DNA from: an uncultured Acetobacteraceae bacterium
GTDB lineage: Bacteria; Pseudomonadota; Alphaproteobacteria; Acetobacterales; Acetobacteraceae
DNA: 64,000 nucleotides
Direction: 5' to 3'
NCBI GenBank assembly: GCA_964249405.1
Contig: CAXUBX010000002.1
Coordinates: 2,958 to 66,957 of the forward strand
Position numbers and translations under genes: made by a program. This document shows positions 8,307-18,066 of the stretch, one piece after another. The number at the start of each line of letters is the position of its first letter. Position 1 is the stretch's first letter. The notes beneath the pieces were generated by a model, which saw only the letters and a list, made by a program, of their open reading frames with translations, was not told where the DNA came from and did no database searches.

Positions 8307-10253
8307 TCAGGCCGACTGCTTGACCCGCATGTACCACTCCACCAATCGCCGGACCTGACGCTCCGTGTAGCCTCGGAAGACCATGCGCTCCACGAAGTCG
8401 GCATGCTTCTTCTCGCTCTCGTTATCGCGCTTCGAGCCGAAGCTGATCACGGGAAGCAGGTCTTCCACCTGACTGAACATCCGCTTCTCGATCACTTCGC
8501 GGATCTTCTCGTACGACGTCCAGGACGGGTTCCGCCCGTTGTTGTGGGCACGTGCACGAAGGGCGAACTTCACGACTTCGTTCCGGAAATCCTTCGGGTT
8601 CGCGATACCGGCCGGCTTCTCGGTCTTCGTGAGCTCCGCGTTGAGAAGATCACGGCTCATCATCTGGCCGGTGTCCGGATCCTTGAAGTCCTGATCCTCG
8701 ATCCAGGCGTCGGCATAGTCGAGGTAGCGATCGAACAGGTTCTGTCCGTAGTCGTGGTAGCTCTCGAGGTAGGCCTTCTGGATTTCGTTGCCGATGAACT
8801 CGGCGTAGCGTCCCGCGAGTTCGGACTTGATCATCGCGAGGTAACTGGCCTCGGTGTCTGCCGGAAACTGCTCGCGCCGGACCGCCTGTTCCAACACGTA
8901 CATCAGGTGGATCGGATCCGCCGCGACTTCGATCGCATCATGGTTGAACGTCGCCGAGAGCACCTTGAAGGCGAACCGGGTCGAGATCCCGTCCATGCCC
9001 TCGTCGACGCCGGCGGCGTCGCGATACTCCTGCATGGTGCGCGCCTTCGGGTCGGTCTCCTTGATGTTCTCGCCGTCGTAGATCCGCATCTTCGCCCACT
9101 GGGTCGAGTTCGGGTGGGCGCGGAGGCGCGAGAGCACCGCGAAGCGTGCCAGCATCTCCAGCGTGTGCGGCGCGCAGGGTGCGGTCGCGAGTTCGGAGGA
9201 ACGAAGCAGCTTCTCGTAGATCTTGGTTTCCTCGGAGGAGCGCAGGCAATAGGGAACCTTGACCACCGAAACCCGGTCGAGAAAGGCCTCGTTGGTCCGG
9301 TTGTTCCGGAAGCTCTGCCACTCGGCCTCGTTCGAATGGGCGAGGATGATGCCGCCGAAGGGAATGGAACCGATGTTCTCGGTGCCGACGTAGTTCCCTT
9401 CCTGTGTCGCCGTCAGCAGCGGATGCAGCATCTTGATCGGCGCCTTGAACATCTCGACGAATTCGAGAATGCCCTGGTTGGCGCGATTGAGACCGCCCGA
9501 GAAGCCATACGCGTCCGGATCGTTCTGGCTGAAGCTCTCCAGTTGGCGGATATCGACCTTGCCGACCAGCGCCGAGACGTCCTGGTTGTTGTCGTCGCCC
9601 GGTTCGGTCTTGGCGACCGCGATCTGCCGAAGCCGCGACGGATGGAGCTTGACCACCGTGAATCGCGAGAGGTCGCCGTCGAACTCCTCCAGACGCTTCA
9701 GCGCCCAGGGGCTCGCGATCCCGGTCAGCACGCGCGACGGGATGCCGTAGCGCTCCAACAGCATCGGGCCGAACCGCTCCGGATCGAACAGCCCGAGCGG
9801 GCTCTCGAACACGGGGCTGATCTGTCGGCCCGCCTTGAGCACGTGGATCGGCTCGCGTTCCATCAGCGACTTCAGCCGCTCGCCGAGCGAGGACTTCCCT
9901 CCCCCGACCGGACCAAGCAGATAGAGGATCTGCTTGCGCTCCTCCAATCCCTGAGCCGCGTGACGAAAGAACCCGACGATCCGCTCGACGGTTTCCTCCA
10001 TGCCGTGGAAGTCGGCGAAGGCCGGATAGATCCTGAGCGTGCGGTTCATGAAGATCCGCGACAGGCGTGGGTCGCGCGAGGTGTTGACCGTTTCGGGTTC
10101 GCCGATCGCCTTCAGCATCCGCTCGGCCGGTCCCGCATAGACCGACCGGTCGGCGCGACAGGCTTCGAGATAGTCCGAGAAGCTCATCTCGGTCTCGCGC
10201 CGCTGCTCACGGAGCGAGGTTGCGAGCGAGAACACGTCGTCGAGCGGAGCCAT
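8307..10253 (-). CDS. prkA: PrkA family serine protein kinase / AAA-type ATPase (YeaG-like)
   Basis: 648 aa with a Walker A motif (LLGPVGGGKSSL) and family-typical length. AGGAGGG lies 7 nt upstream of ATG 10253. It is the first gene of the prkA-yeaH-spoVR triad. Confidence 0.9.
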   Translation of the reverse strand: MAPLDDVFSLATSLREQRRETEMSFSDYLEACRADRSVYAGPAERMLKAIGEPETVNTSRDPRLSRIFMNRTLRIYPAFADFHGMEETVERIVGFFRHAAQGLEERKQILYLLGPVGGGKSSLGERLKSLMEREPIHVLKAGRQISPVFESPLGLFDPERFGPMLLERYGIPSRVLTGIASPWALKRLEEFDGDLSRFTVVKLHPSRLRQIAVAKTEPGDDNNQDVSALVGKVDIRQLESFSQNDPDAYGFSGGLNRANQGILEFVEMFKAPIKMLHPLLTATQEGNYVGTENIGSIPFGGIILAHSNEAEWQSFRNNRTNEAFLDRVSVVKVPYCLRSSEETKIYEKLLRSSELATAPCAPHTLEMLARFAVLSRLRAHPNSTQWAKMRIYDGENIKETDPKARTMQEYRDAAGVDEGMDGISTRFAFKVLSATFNHDAIEVAADPIHLMYVLEQAVRREQFPADTEASYLAMIKSELAGRYAEFIGNEIQKAYLESYHDYGQNLFDRYLDYADAWIEDQDFKDPDTGQMMSRDLLNAELTKTEKPAGIANPKDFRNEVVKFALRARAHNNGRNPSWTSYEKIREVIEKRMFSQVEDLLPVISFGSKRDNESEKKHADFVERMVFRGYTERQVRRLVEWYMRVKQSA

Positions 10254-10559
10254 GGTCTACCCTCCTGACCGGGCGGCTTGCCTGGAGACACGCACCAGAC
10301 TGATCGGAGCCTATCCGCGCCGTCCGGCGTTCACCGGTGCTGGATTCAGATGCACTCCTGTCGCGATCAACTTCGAGTGACCACGCCGGTCAGTGAGACA
10401 AACGAGCAGAGAATGTGATCTCCTACGTGTGCGGGTTACCGGCCTCTGCAACCTCCGCCATCCGGACTCGGATGCCGGGCCGTTTCCGTTCGCATCGTCC
10501 TCCGTCACGCTATCGCTGGCCCTACGGCGCTTTCAACAGCAATCGCGCGCCGGCCTGAC

Positions 10560-10583
10560 GCTTTGCAAGCGTTCTTGCAAAGC
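10560..10583. promoter_or_regulatory. Perfect 10-bp inverted repeat GCTTTGCAAG-cgtt-CTTGCAAAGC
   Basis: Read directly from the sequence. It lies 47 nt past the stop of the MBL gene (minus strand) and about 300 nt upstream of the prkA start. It is AT-richer than its surroundings. No U-tract follows on either strand. Confidence 0.3.
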
Positions 10584-10630
10584 TCGCGCCAGAGTGTGGC
10601 GGTTCGGCACGGGCCGGGCCCCGGGTGCCG

Positions 10631-11434
10631 TCAGTCCCGGCGCGGCGGATCGATCAGCATGCCGTCGAACGCCGGCTCGACGCCGTCCGGCAGGCATCGC
10701 GACATCCAGGTCCAGTCGAGATCCGGCCCCATGTGGGTCAGGATCGTTCGTCTCGGCCGGAGGCGCCGGACCCAGTCGAGCACTCGACCGAGATGGGCGT
10801 GCCCGCCATGTGGTTCGCGTTGGAAGCAGTCGATCACCCAGGTGTCCACATCCCGGAGTGCCGCCAGCGCATCATCGTCGAGATCGCTGACGTCGGTCGA
10901 GTAGGCGAACCACCCGCTCCGGAGGCCGAGCGTGCGGACCCGGCCATGGATCTGCGCGAAGACCGTGACCGCGGCACCGAGCAGATCGATCGTCTCCGCG
11001 GGCTCGAGCACCTGAGGGACCAGCACCGGACGATAGAAGATGGGCGAGTTCCTGGGACCGAACGCATAGGAGAACCGGGTTCGCAGCTCCTCCAGCGTTT
11101 CCGGGAACGCGAACACGTCGAGCGGACGGCCCACCAGCCGGTTCAGGCTTCGCACGTCGTCGATGCCGCAGACATGATCGGCGTGGGCGTGGGTGAACAG
11201 GATCGCCTCGATGTCCGGGATCGCGCAGTCGAGAAGCTGGCTGCGGAGTTCCGGCCCGGTGTCGACGAGAAGGCGCCGCCCCGCGGTCAACTCGATCACG
11301 ATCGAGGTGCGGGTGCGACGGTTGCGCGGCTCCGCCGGATCGCAGACGCCCCAGTCGCCGCGCCCATCGGCGCCGCCGATGGTCGGGACGCCGCTCGATC
11401 CGCCGCACCCGAGCACGATCGCGCGATGGGTCAA
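10631..11434 (-). CDS. MBL-fold metallo-hydrolase (PhnP-like)
   Basis: 267 aa with the HxHxDH motif (FTHAHADHVCG). The TTG start overlaps the tatD stop (TTGA at 11431-11434). Confidence 0.8.
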   Translation of the reverse strand: MTHRAIVLGCGGSSGVPTIGGADGRGDWGVCDPAEPRNRRTRTSIVIELTAGRRLLVDTGPELRSQLLDCAIPDIEAILFTHAHADHVCGIDDVRSLNRLVGRPLDVFAFPETLEELRTRFSYAFGPRNSPIFYRPVLVPQVLEPAETIDLLGAAVTVFAQIHGRVRTLGLRSGWFAYSTDVSDLDDDALAALRDVDTWVIDCFQREPHGGHAHLGRVLDWVRRLRPRRTILTHMGPDLDWTWMSRCLPDGVEPAFDGMLIDPPRRD

Positions 11435-12215
11435 CGGGCGGCTCGTCGGAACAGCCTGAAGAAGTTCTCCGTGGTCAACGCGTCGACGGCCGAGCGGTCC
11501 AGGCCGCGAACCGCCCCGAGGACGTCCGCCGTGTGCACGACGCGACCCGGCTCGTTGCGCTTGCCGCGAAACGGAACCGGCGACAGGAACGGGGCGTCCG
11601 TCTCCACCAGCAAGCGTCCGGCCGGCAGGTCGCGCGCGAGATCGCGGAGCGCGTCGGATTTCGGAAACGTGAGGATCCCCGAAAAGCTCACGAAGCCGCC
11701 GAGCGCGACCGCCCGTTCGGCGAGCGCGCGACCCGACGAGAAGCAGTGCATCACGAACGGGAACGCCCCGCGGGTGTGCTCATCCTCCAGGATCGCCGCC
11801 ACCGCCTCGTCCGCGCCACGGGCATGCACCACGAGCGGCAGTCCGGTCTGCCGCGCGGCGGTCACGTGGGCGCGAAAGCCGAGCGCCTGCCGCACCTCGG
11901 TGTCACGGGGCGCGACCACGTGGTCGAGGCCCGATTCGCCGATCCCGACCACGTCCGGCGCCTCGGCCAGCCCTTCGAGCACCGCCGCCGTCGGGACGTC
12001 CTCGTCAGCGACGTGGCAGGGATGGATCCCGACCGTCCGCCAGACGCGGGCCAGCGCCGAGGCGTCCGCCTCGGCCACGAGGTCGCGAAGCGCCGGCACC
12101 CGCCCGAGATGCGTCGAGATCGTGACCATGCCCGCGAGACCCGCCGCCGCCGCGTGTCGCAACACCGCGTCTCTCTCGGCCCGGTCGTAATGGTCGAGAT
12201 GGCAATGGCTGTCGA

Positions 12216-12219
<4 letters not shown>
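11431..12219 (-). CDS. tatD: TatD family metal-dependent hydrolase/DNase
   Basis: VIDSHCHLDHYD at the N-terminus, with GESGLD and VETDAPFL motifs. The GTG start at 12219 overlaps the metG stop (GTGA). The 918-aa ORF-track entry is an over-extension. Confidence 0.85.
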
Positions 12220-13774
<1,555 letters not shown>

Positions 13775-13778
<4 letters not shown>

Positions 13779-14773
13779 GTCCGGACGGTCTGGAGCGCGG
13801 CGAGGATCGCCTGGCGCCGGTCGAGGTTGAAGCGCGTCGTCTGCTCCCGCAACGCGCCGACCGCCAGCGACGCTTCCGCGGCGAGGTTCGCCCTCGCGAG
13901 ATCGGATGCCGCGAGACGCCTCGCCCGTTCCTCGAGCGCCGCGCGGAGCCGGTCGGTGAAGGCGCCGAAGGCGTCCTCGGTTCGCCCGAGCCCGTCGGCG
14001 AGCGCGATGTCCGCCGCCCCGGGTTGCGCGTCGGGTGCGGCCTCCCGCCTGTGAAGCGCCGCCTCGACGGCCTCCTCGATCGCCTCGGCATCCTCGGGCA
14101 GGTCGGCGAGCGCACGACCGGGCGAACCCGCGCCGCGCCGTGCGAGGGCGGCCGCGATCTCCGGATCGAGGTCGGGACGGCGGGCACTGACGATCGCTCC
14201 GACGTCCGGCTCGGCGAGCTTCCCGAGGCGGAGTTGCCGGCACCGGCTCCGGACCGTCGGCAGCAGGCGACCGGGCGAGGCCGACACGAGGAGCATGAGA
14301 GCCCGGGACGGCGGCTCCTCGAGCAGCTTCAGCAACGCGTTCGCCGCCGCGCGATTGAGGTGCTCGGCCCCGTCCACCACGACGACGCGCCACCCGCCCT
14401 CGGCGGGCGTCAACGCCATGAAGTCGCCGATCGCCCGGACCTCGTCGGCCACGATCTCGTTCCGGACCCGCTTGCGCTTGTCGTCCCAGGAACGCGACAG
14501 GCTCGCGAGATCGGCATGCGTCCCGTTCGCCACGCGCCGGAACACCGGGTGGGTCTCCGGAACGTGAAGTCCATCGCCGGGAAATCCCGCGAGCAGCGCG
14601 CGTGCGAAGCGGAACGCGAGCGTCGCCTTGCCGATCCCCTGCGGGCCGCCGATCAGCCAGGCATGGTGGAGCCGGCCCGACAGCGCGGCCTCCCGCATCG
14701 CGCGCTCCGCGGCCGCGTGTCCGACCAGCGCGGTGCTGGCGCGGGGGTCCGTCGACCCGCCTCCCCCGCTCAA
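13775..14773 (-). CDS. holB: DNA polymerase III subunit delta-prime
   Basis: HHAWLIGGPQGIGKATLA (Walker-like), LLKLLEEPP and the SRC motif (TVRSRCRQLRL). The tentative TTG start at 14773 overlaps the upstream stop (TTGA). A later in-frame start is possible. Confidence 0.8.
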
Positions 14774-16020
14774 CCGCCCGTCACGTAGTGTTCGAGCACC
14801 GCGAGCGAGCGAAGCGGCAGCGCCATCCGCGGCACGCTCTCGTTGGCGACGAGCGGGATCTCGGTCGGCGGCACGCCGTGGCCGCCCACCACGAGCGTGC
14901 CCACCGCGTCGCCGACCGCGATCGGCGCCCGGATCGGGGCATCGTAGCGGACCGACACCGTGAGCGCGTTCCGCCACCCGTTCGGCAGGGTCAGGACGAC
15001 GTCGTGCGCGCTCGCGAGCGCCACCGTCGGCTTCGCGCCGAGCCACACCGGCGCGGTGTCCACGGTCTGCTTCGCCGCGAACAGCGTCACGTCCTCGAAG
15101 GTCGCGAACGCCCACTCGAGCAGGCGCTCGCTCTCGGCGATCCGCACGTGCGAGGAGGGCATGCCGTTCAACACCATGATCACCCGTCGGCCGGCCCGGA
15201 GCGAGCTCGCGCAGATGCCGAAGCCGCCCGCTTCCGTGTGGCCGGTCTTGAGCCCATCCGCCAGACCCTTGTCGACCAGGACGTTGCGGTTCCCCTGGTC
15301 GATGTTGTCGAAGGTGTAGCTCGTCTCGCTGAAGAAATGATAATACTGTGGAAAGTCGTGGATGATGTCGTGCGCGAGCGTTGCGATGTCGCGGGCGCTC
15401 ATGACATGCCCGTCGGCCGGCCACCCGGTCGCGTTCATGAAATGGCTGTGCGTGAGGCCGAGCTTCGCCGCCGTCTGGTTCATCAGCACCACGAATTGAT
15501 CCTGCGACCCGCTGATCCCTTCCGCGAGCACGATGCAGGCGTCGTTGCCGGACTGGATGATCATGCCCCGGATGAGATCGGCGACCGACACCTGGCCGCC
15601 GAGGGGGACGAACATCTTCGAGCCCTGCATCCGCCAGGCCGCCTCGCTCACCGGCAGCGTCTGCCCGAGCGTCAGCTTGCCGGCGGCGAGCGAGGCGAAG
15701 GTCAGGTAGGCCGTCATCAGCTTGGTCAGCGACGAGGGCGGCATCTCCTCGTCGGCCGCCTTGGTGAGCAGCGTCGCGCCGGTGGTGTCGTCGCTGATGA
15801 AGGCCCAGCGCGCCGTCGTGCCGAACGGACCGATCGGCGTTTCGGCCGGCGTCGCGCTGCCGGTCGAGGCGGCCGGTCCGGTCCCGTCGCCGTCATCGTC
15901 GTCACTCGTCGCCGCCGGTCGATGACGGCGCCCGGCCGCCTCCGACCGCACGGGTGCGGCCAGCAGGGCCGCCAGGGAGGCCGCCCCGAGAACCACCGAT
16001 CGCCTGTCCTGCGCGCTCAT
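14770..16020 (-). CDS. D-alanyl-D-alanine carboxypeptidase (S11, PBP5/6-like)
   Basis: 416 aa with a signal peptide, the SxxK motif (PSSLTKLMT), SGN (IIQSGND) and KTG (LKTGHT). Confidence 0.88.
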   Translation of the reverse strand: MSAQDRRSVVLGAASLAALLAAPVRSEAAGRRHRPAATSDDDDGDGTGPAASTGSATPAETPIGPFGTTARWAFISDDTTGATLLTKAADEEMPPSSLTKLMTAYLTFASLAAGKLTLGQTLPVSEAAWRMQGSKMFVPLGGQVSVADLIRGMIIQSGNDACIVLAEGISGSQDQFVVLMNQTAAKLGLTHSHFMNATGWPADGHVMSARDIATLAHDIIHDFPQYYHFFSETSYTFDNIDQGNRNVLVDKGLADGLKTGHTEAGGFGICASSLRAGRRVIMVLNGMPSSHVRIAESERLLEWAFATFEDVTLFAAKQTVDTAPVWLGAKPTVALASAHDVVLTLPNGWRNALTVSVRYDAPIRAPIAVGDAVGTLVVGGHGVPPTEIPLVANESVPRMALPLRSLAVLEHYVTGG

Positions 16021-16074
16021 CGCCCGTGCCCGTTCATCGCCGCATCCTCGTCGAGAGACCCCGATTTCACGTGA

Positions 16075-16971
16075 TCACGGCGTCCCGTCTTCAGCCTGGT
16101 CCTGTGCCACGATCCGCGCTCCGCTTATCCCGGCGGCCTCGGCCTGGTCCAGGGCCGCGTCGGCCTCCGCGATGCTGCCGAACGGGCCTCGCGTGACGCG
16201 CCAGACCGGGTCGCGTCCGCCGCCTTCCGGGCGCGCGATGCCGCCGGCGGCCCGGGCGACGTCTCGCGCGGCGGCTGCGCCGCTGAACGTTCCCGCATCC
16301 AGCAGCAACGAGACGGGCCCGACGGGCACCGTCTCGACGGTCCGGGGCACCGAGGGCGCCCCAGCCGTCGCCATCTCGCGGGCGGCGTCCTGCGGCGGCG
16401 GCGCTCCGGTGGTCGGGGGAGGTGCCGAACCCGGTGGTCCGAGCGGTGCCTCGGACACGGCGCCGAGCGGCGCGGTCGAGGTCGCCCTCGGCATGCCGCC
16501 GAGCTGGTCCGCGACGGCCTGCGACAGGGCGGGATCGATCGCGACCGAAACCGGTGTCACGCCCGTGATCGCCAGCGCCCGGAGACAGGCGGCATCGAGC
16601 GCGATCACGCGTCCCGGGTCGGCCGGACCGAGGTCGTCGGCACGGACCAGCATCTGCCGTCCGTTCAGGAGATCGGTGACCCGGAGCACCACCGGAAGCT
16701 GCAGCGACTGCACGGCGGCGGCCGGAACCGCCGGGTCGAAGGCCGCGCCGTCGGTCGTCCGGTCGCCGCGCGAGGCCCGCGTCATCGCGACCGCGAGACC
16801 CGAGAAACCGCCGCCGAACCGCGCCGACGGATAGAACCAGACGCCGCGCGCATCCTGCCAGGGCGCCGGGACGACGTAGCGCGCCTCGGCGGGCGGCGGA
16901 GGTGGTTTCTCGCGGCCGCATGCCCCGAGCGCGGACAGGATCGCGAGCACGATCCCGGTGCCGGTCCTCAC
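16075..16971 (-). CDS. rlpA: Septal ring lytic transglycosylase RlpA family lipoprotein with C-terminal SPOR domain
   Basis: Lipobox LSALGAC. DPBB-like core (LPVVLRVTDLLNGRQMLVRADDLGP...VIALDAA). SPOR-like C-terminus (VWRVTRGPFGSIAEADAALDQAEAAG). GTGA overlap with the upstream gene at 16968-16971. Confidence 0.75.
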   Translation of the reverse strand: MRTGTGIVLAILSALGACGREKPPPPPAEARYVVPAPWQDARGVWFYPSARFGGGFSGLAVAMTRASRGDRTTDGAAFDPAVPAAAVQSLQLPVVLRVTDLLNGRQMLVRADDLGPADPGRVIALDAACLRALAITGVTPVSVAIDPALSQAVADQLGGMPRATSTAPLGAVSEAPLGPPGSAPPPTTGAPPPQDAAREMATAGAPSVPRTVETVPVGPVSLLLDAGTFSGAAAARDVARAAGGIARPEGGGRDPVWRVTRGPFGSIAEADAALDQAEAAGISGARIVAQDQAEDGTP

Positions 16972-17990
16972 GTCGAGGCGGTACCCAGCAGCCCGACCGC
17001 CAGCGCGTAGAAATCGGACGGATTGTAGCGGCGGATCGCGGCGAAGTTCCGATAGACGAGGAATGCGTCGCCGCCCGCGCCGTCCGGCATCAGCAGGCTC
17101 GCCAGGACATTCGTCCGGGAGAACGTCGTCCCGTCCAGACGTCGCACCCCGAGCGCCTCCCAGGTCCCGAGCGGTCGCTGCGTCACGCGCCCGACGAGCG
17201 CGGGATCGATCGGTCGCGTCAGCGACACCGCCTGACCCCAGGGCTCGCCTTCGTGCCAGCCCGAATGGGCGAGATAGTTGGCGATCGAGGCGAACACGTC
17301 GGGTTGGCTGGTCCAGATGTCGGCCCGATCACCGCCCGCAAACGATTGCGCGTATCGCAGGTAGGCGCTCGGCATGAACTGCGGCTGGCCCATCGCCCCC
17401 GCGTAGGAGCTCAGCATGCGGTCGACCGGCACCGCTCCGCGGTCCGCGATCCTGAGCGCGTCCAGGAGCTCGTCCCGGAAGAACTGCGCCCGCCTTCCGT
17501 CGTAGGCGAGGGTCGCCAGCGAATCGAACACCCCGAAGCTGCCGGTCTTGGAGCCGAAACCCGATTCGAGCCCCCAGATCCCGACGATCACCCCGGGATC
17601 GACGCCGTATCGCGCGGTGATGTCGCGGAACAGGGCGGCATGTTCGGCGTATTGCGCGCCTCCTTCCTCGAGCCGCGACGCCGGCAGCACGCGCGCCTTG
17701 TACTCGGACCAGGTCAGGGTGAACTCGGGCTGGTGCCGGTCGAGCATCACCACCCTGGCATTCGGCCGATCGAGCGCGAGCGCCTCGGCGACGGTCGCGT
17801 CCGACACGCCCTCCGACAACGCCTCGCTCCGCACCACGGCGAGAAACCTCTCGTAATCCCCCCCGATCGCGCGGGCCGGCCAGGACAGCAGCGACGCGAC
17901 ACCCGCCGAGGCGAGCAACCGGCGGCGAGGCAGAACAATCGAAGCAGCCAACAGGTCGTCTCCGGTCGAGCGGGCGGGTCGGAGTCCCAT
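16968..17990 (-). CDS. Lytic murein transglycosylase (MltB/SLT_2-like)
   Basis: 340 aa with IVGIWGLESGFGS and MGQPQFMPSAY motifs. The N-terminus has a possible twin-arginine signal (PRRRLLASAGVASLL). Confidence 0.8.
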   Translation of the reverse strand: MGLRPARSTGDDLLAASIVLPRRRLLASAGVASLLSWPARAIGGDYERFLAVVRSEALSEGVSDATVAEALALDRPNARVVMLDRHQPEFTLTWSEYKARVLPASRLEEGGAQYAEHAALFRDITARYGVDPGVIVGIWGLESGFGSKTGSFGVFDSLATLAYDGRRAQFFRDELLDALRIADRGAVPVDRMLSSYAGAMGQPQFMPSAYLRYAQSFAGGDRADIWTSQPDVFASIANYLAHSGWHEGEPWGQAVSLTRPIDPALVGRVTQRPLGTWEALGVRRLDGTTFSRTNVLASLLMPDGAGGDAFLVYRNFAAIRRYNPSDFYALAVGLLGTAST

Positions 17991-18020
17991 GTTCGATCAT
18001 ACCCCTCTCGTCCGGGTGGC

Positions 18021-18046
18021 GGAACCACGCTCGCGCCTCGCACGTT
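18021..18046 (+). promoter_or_regulatory. Candidate ECF (EcfG-type general stress) promoter GGAAC-N17-CGTT
   Basis: GGAAC (18021-18025), a 17-nt spacer, then CGTT (18043-18046). It lies 21-27 nt upstream of the asmA-like start codons. This is a motif match only. Confidence 0.3.
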
Positions 18047-18066
18047 GAGCCTCCCCTTCTTCGGAG

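Noticed and set aside
10448-10460. Sigma-54-like element on the prkA strand (TGGCGGAGGTTGC).
   Set aside because: The GG-to-GC spacing is 2 nt shorter than in the TGGCAC-N5-TTGC consensus, so it does not qualify.
10311-10508. 65-aa ORF inside the prkA leader.
   Set aside because: Many codons end in A or T, unlike genuine genes here. It has no RBS and no recognisable motif. I treat it as non-coding.
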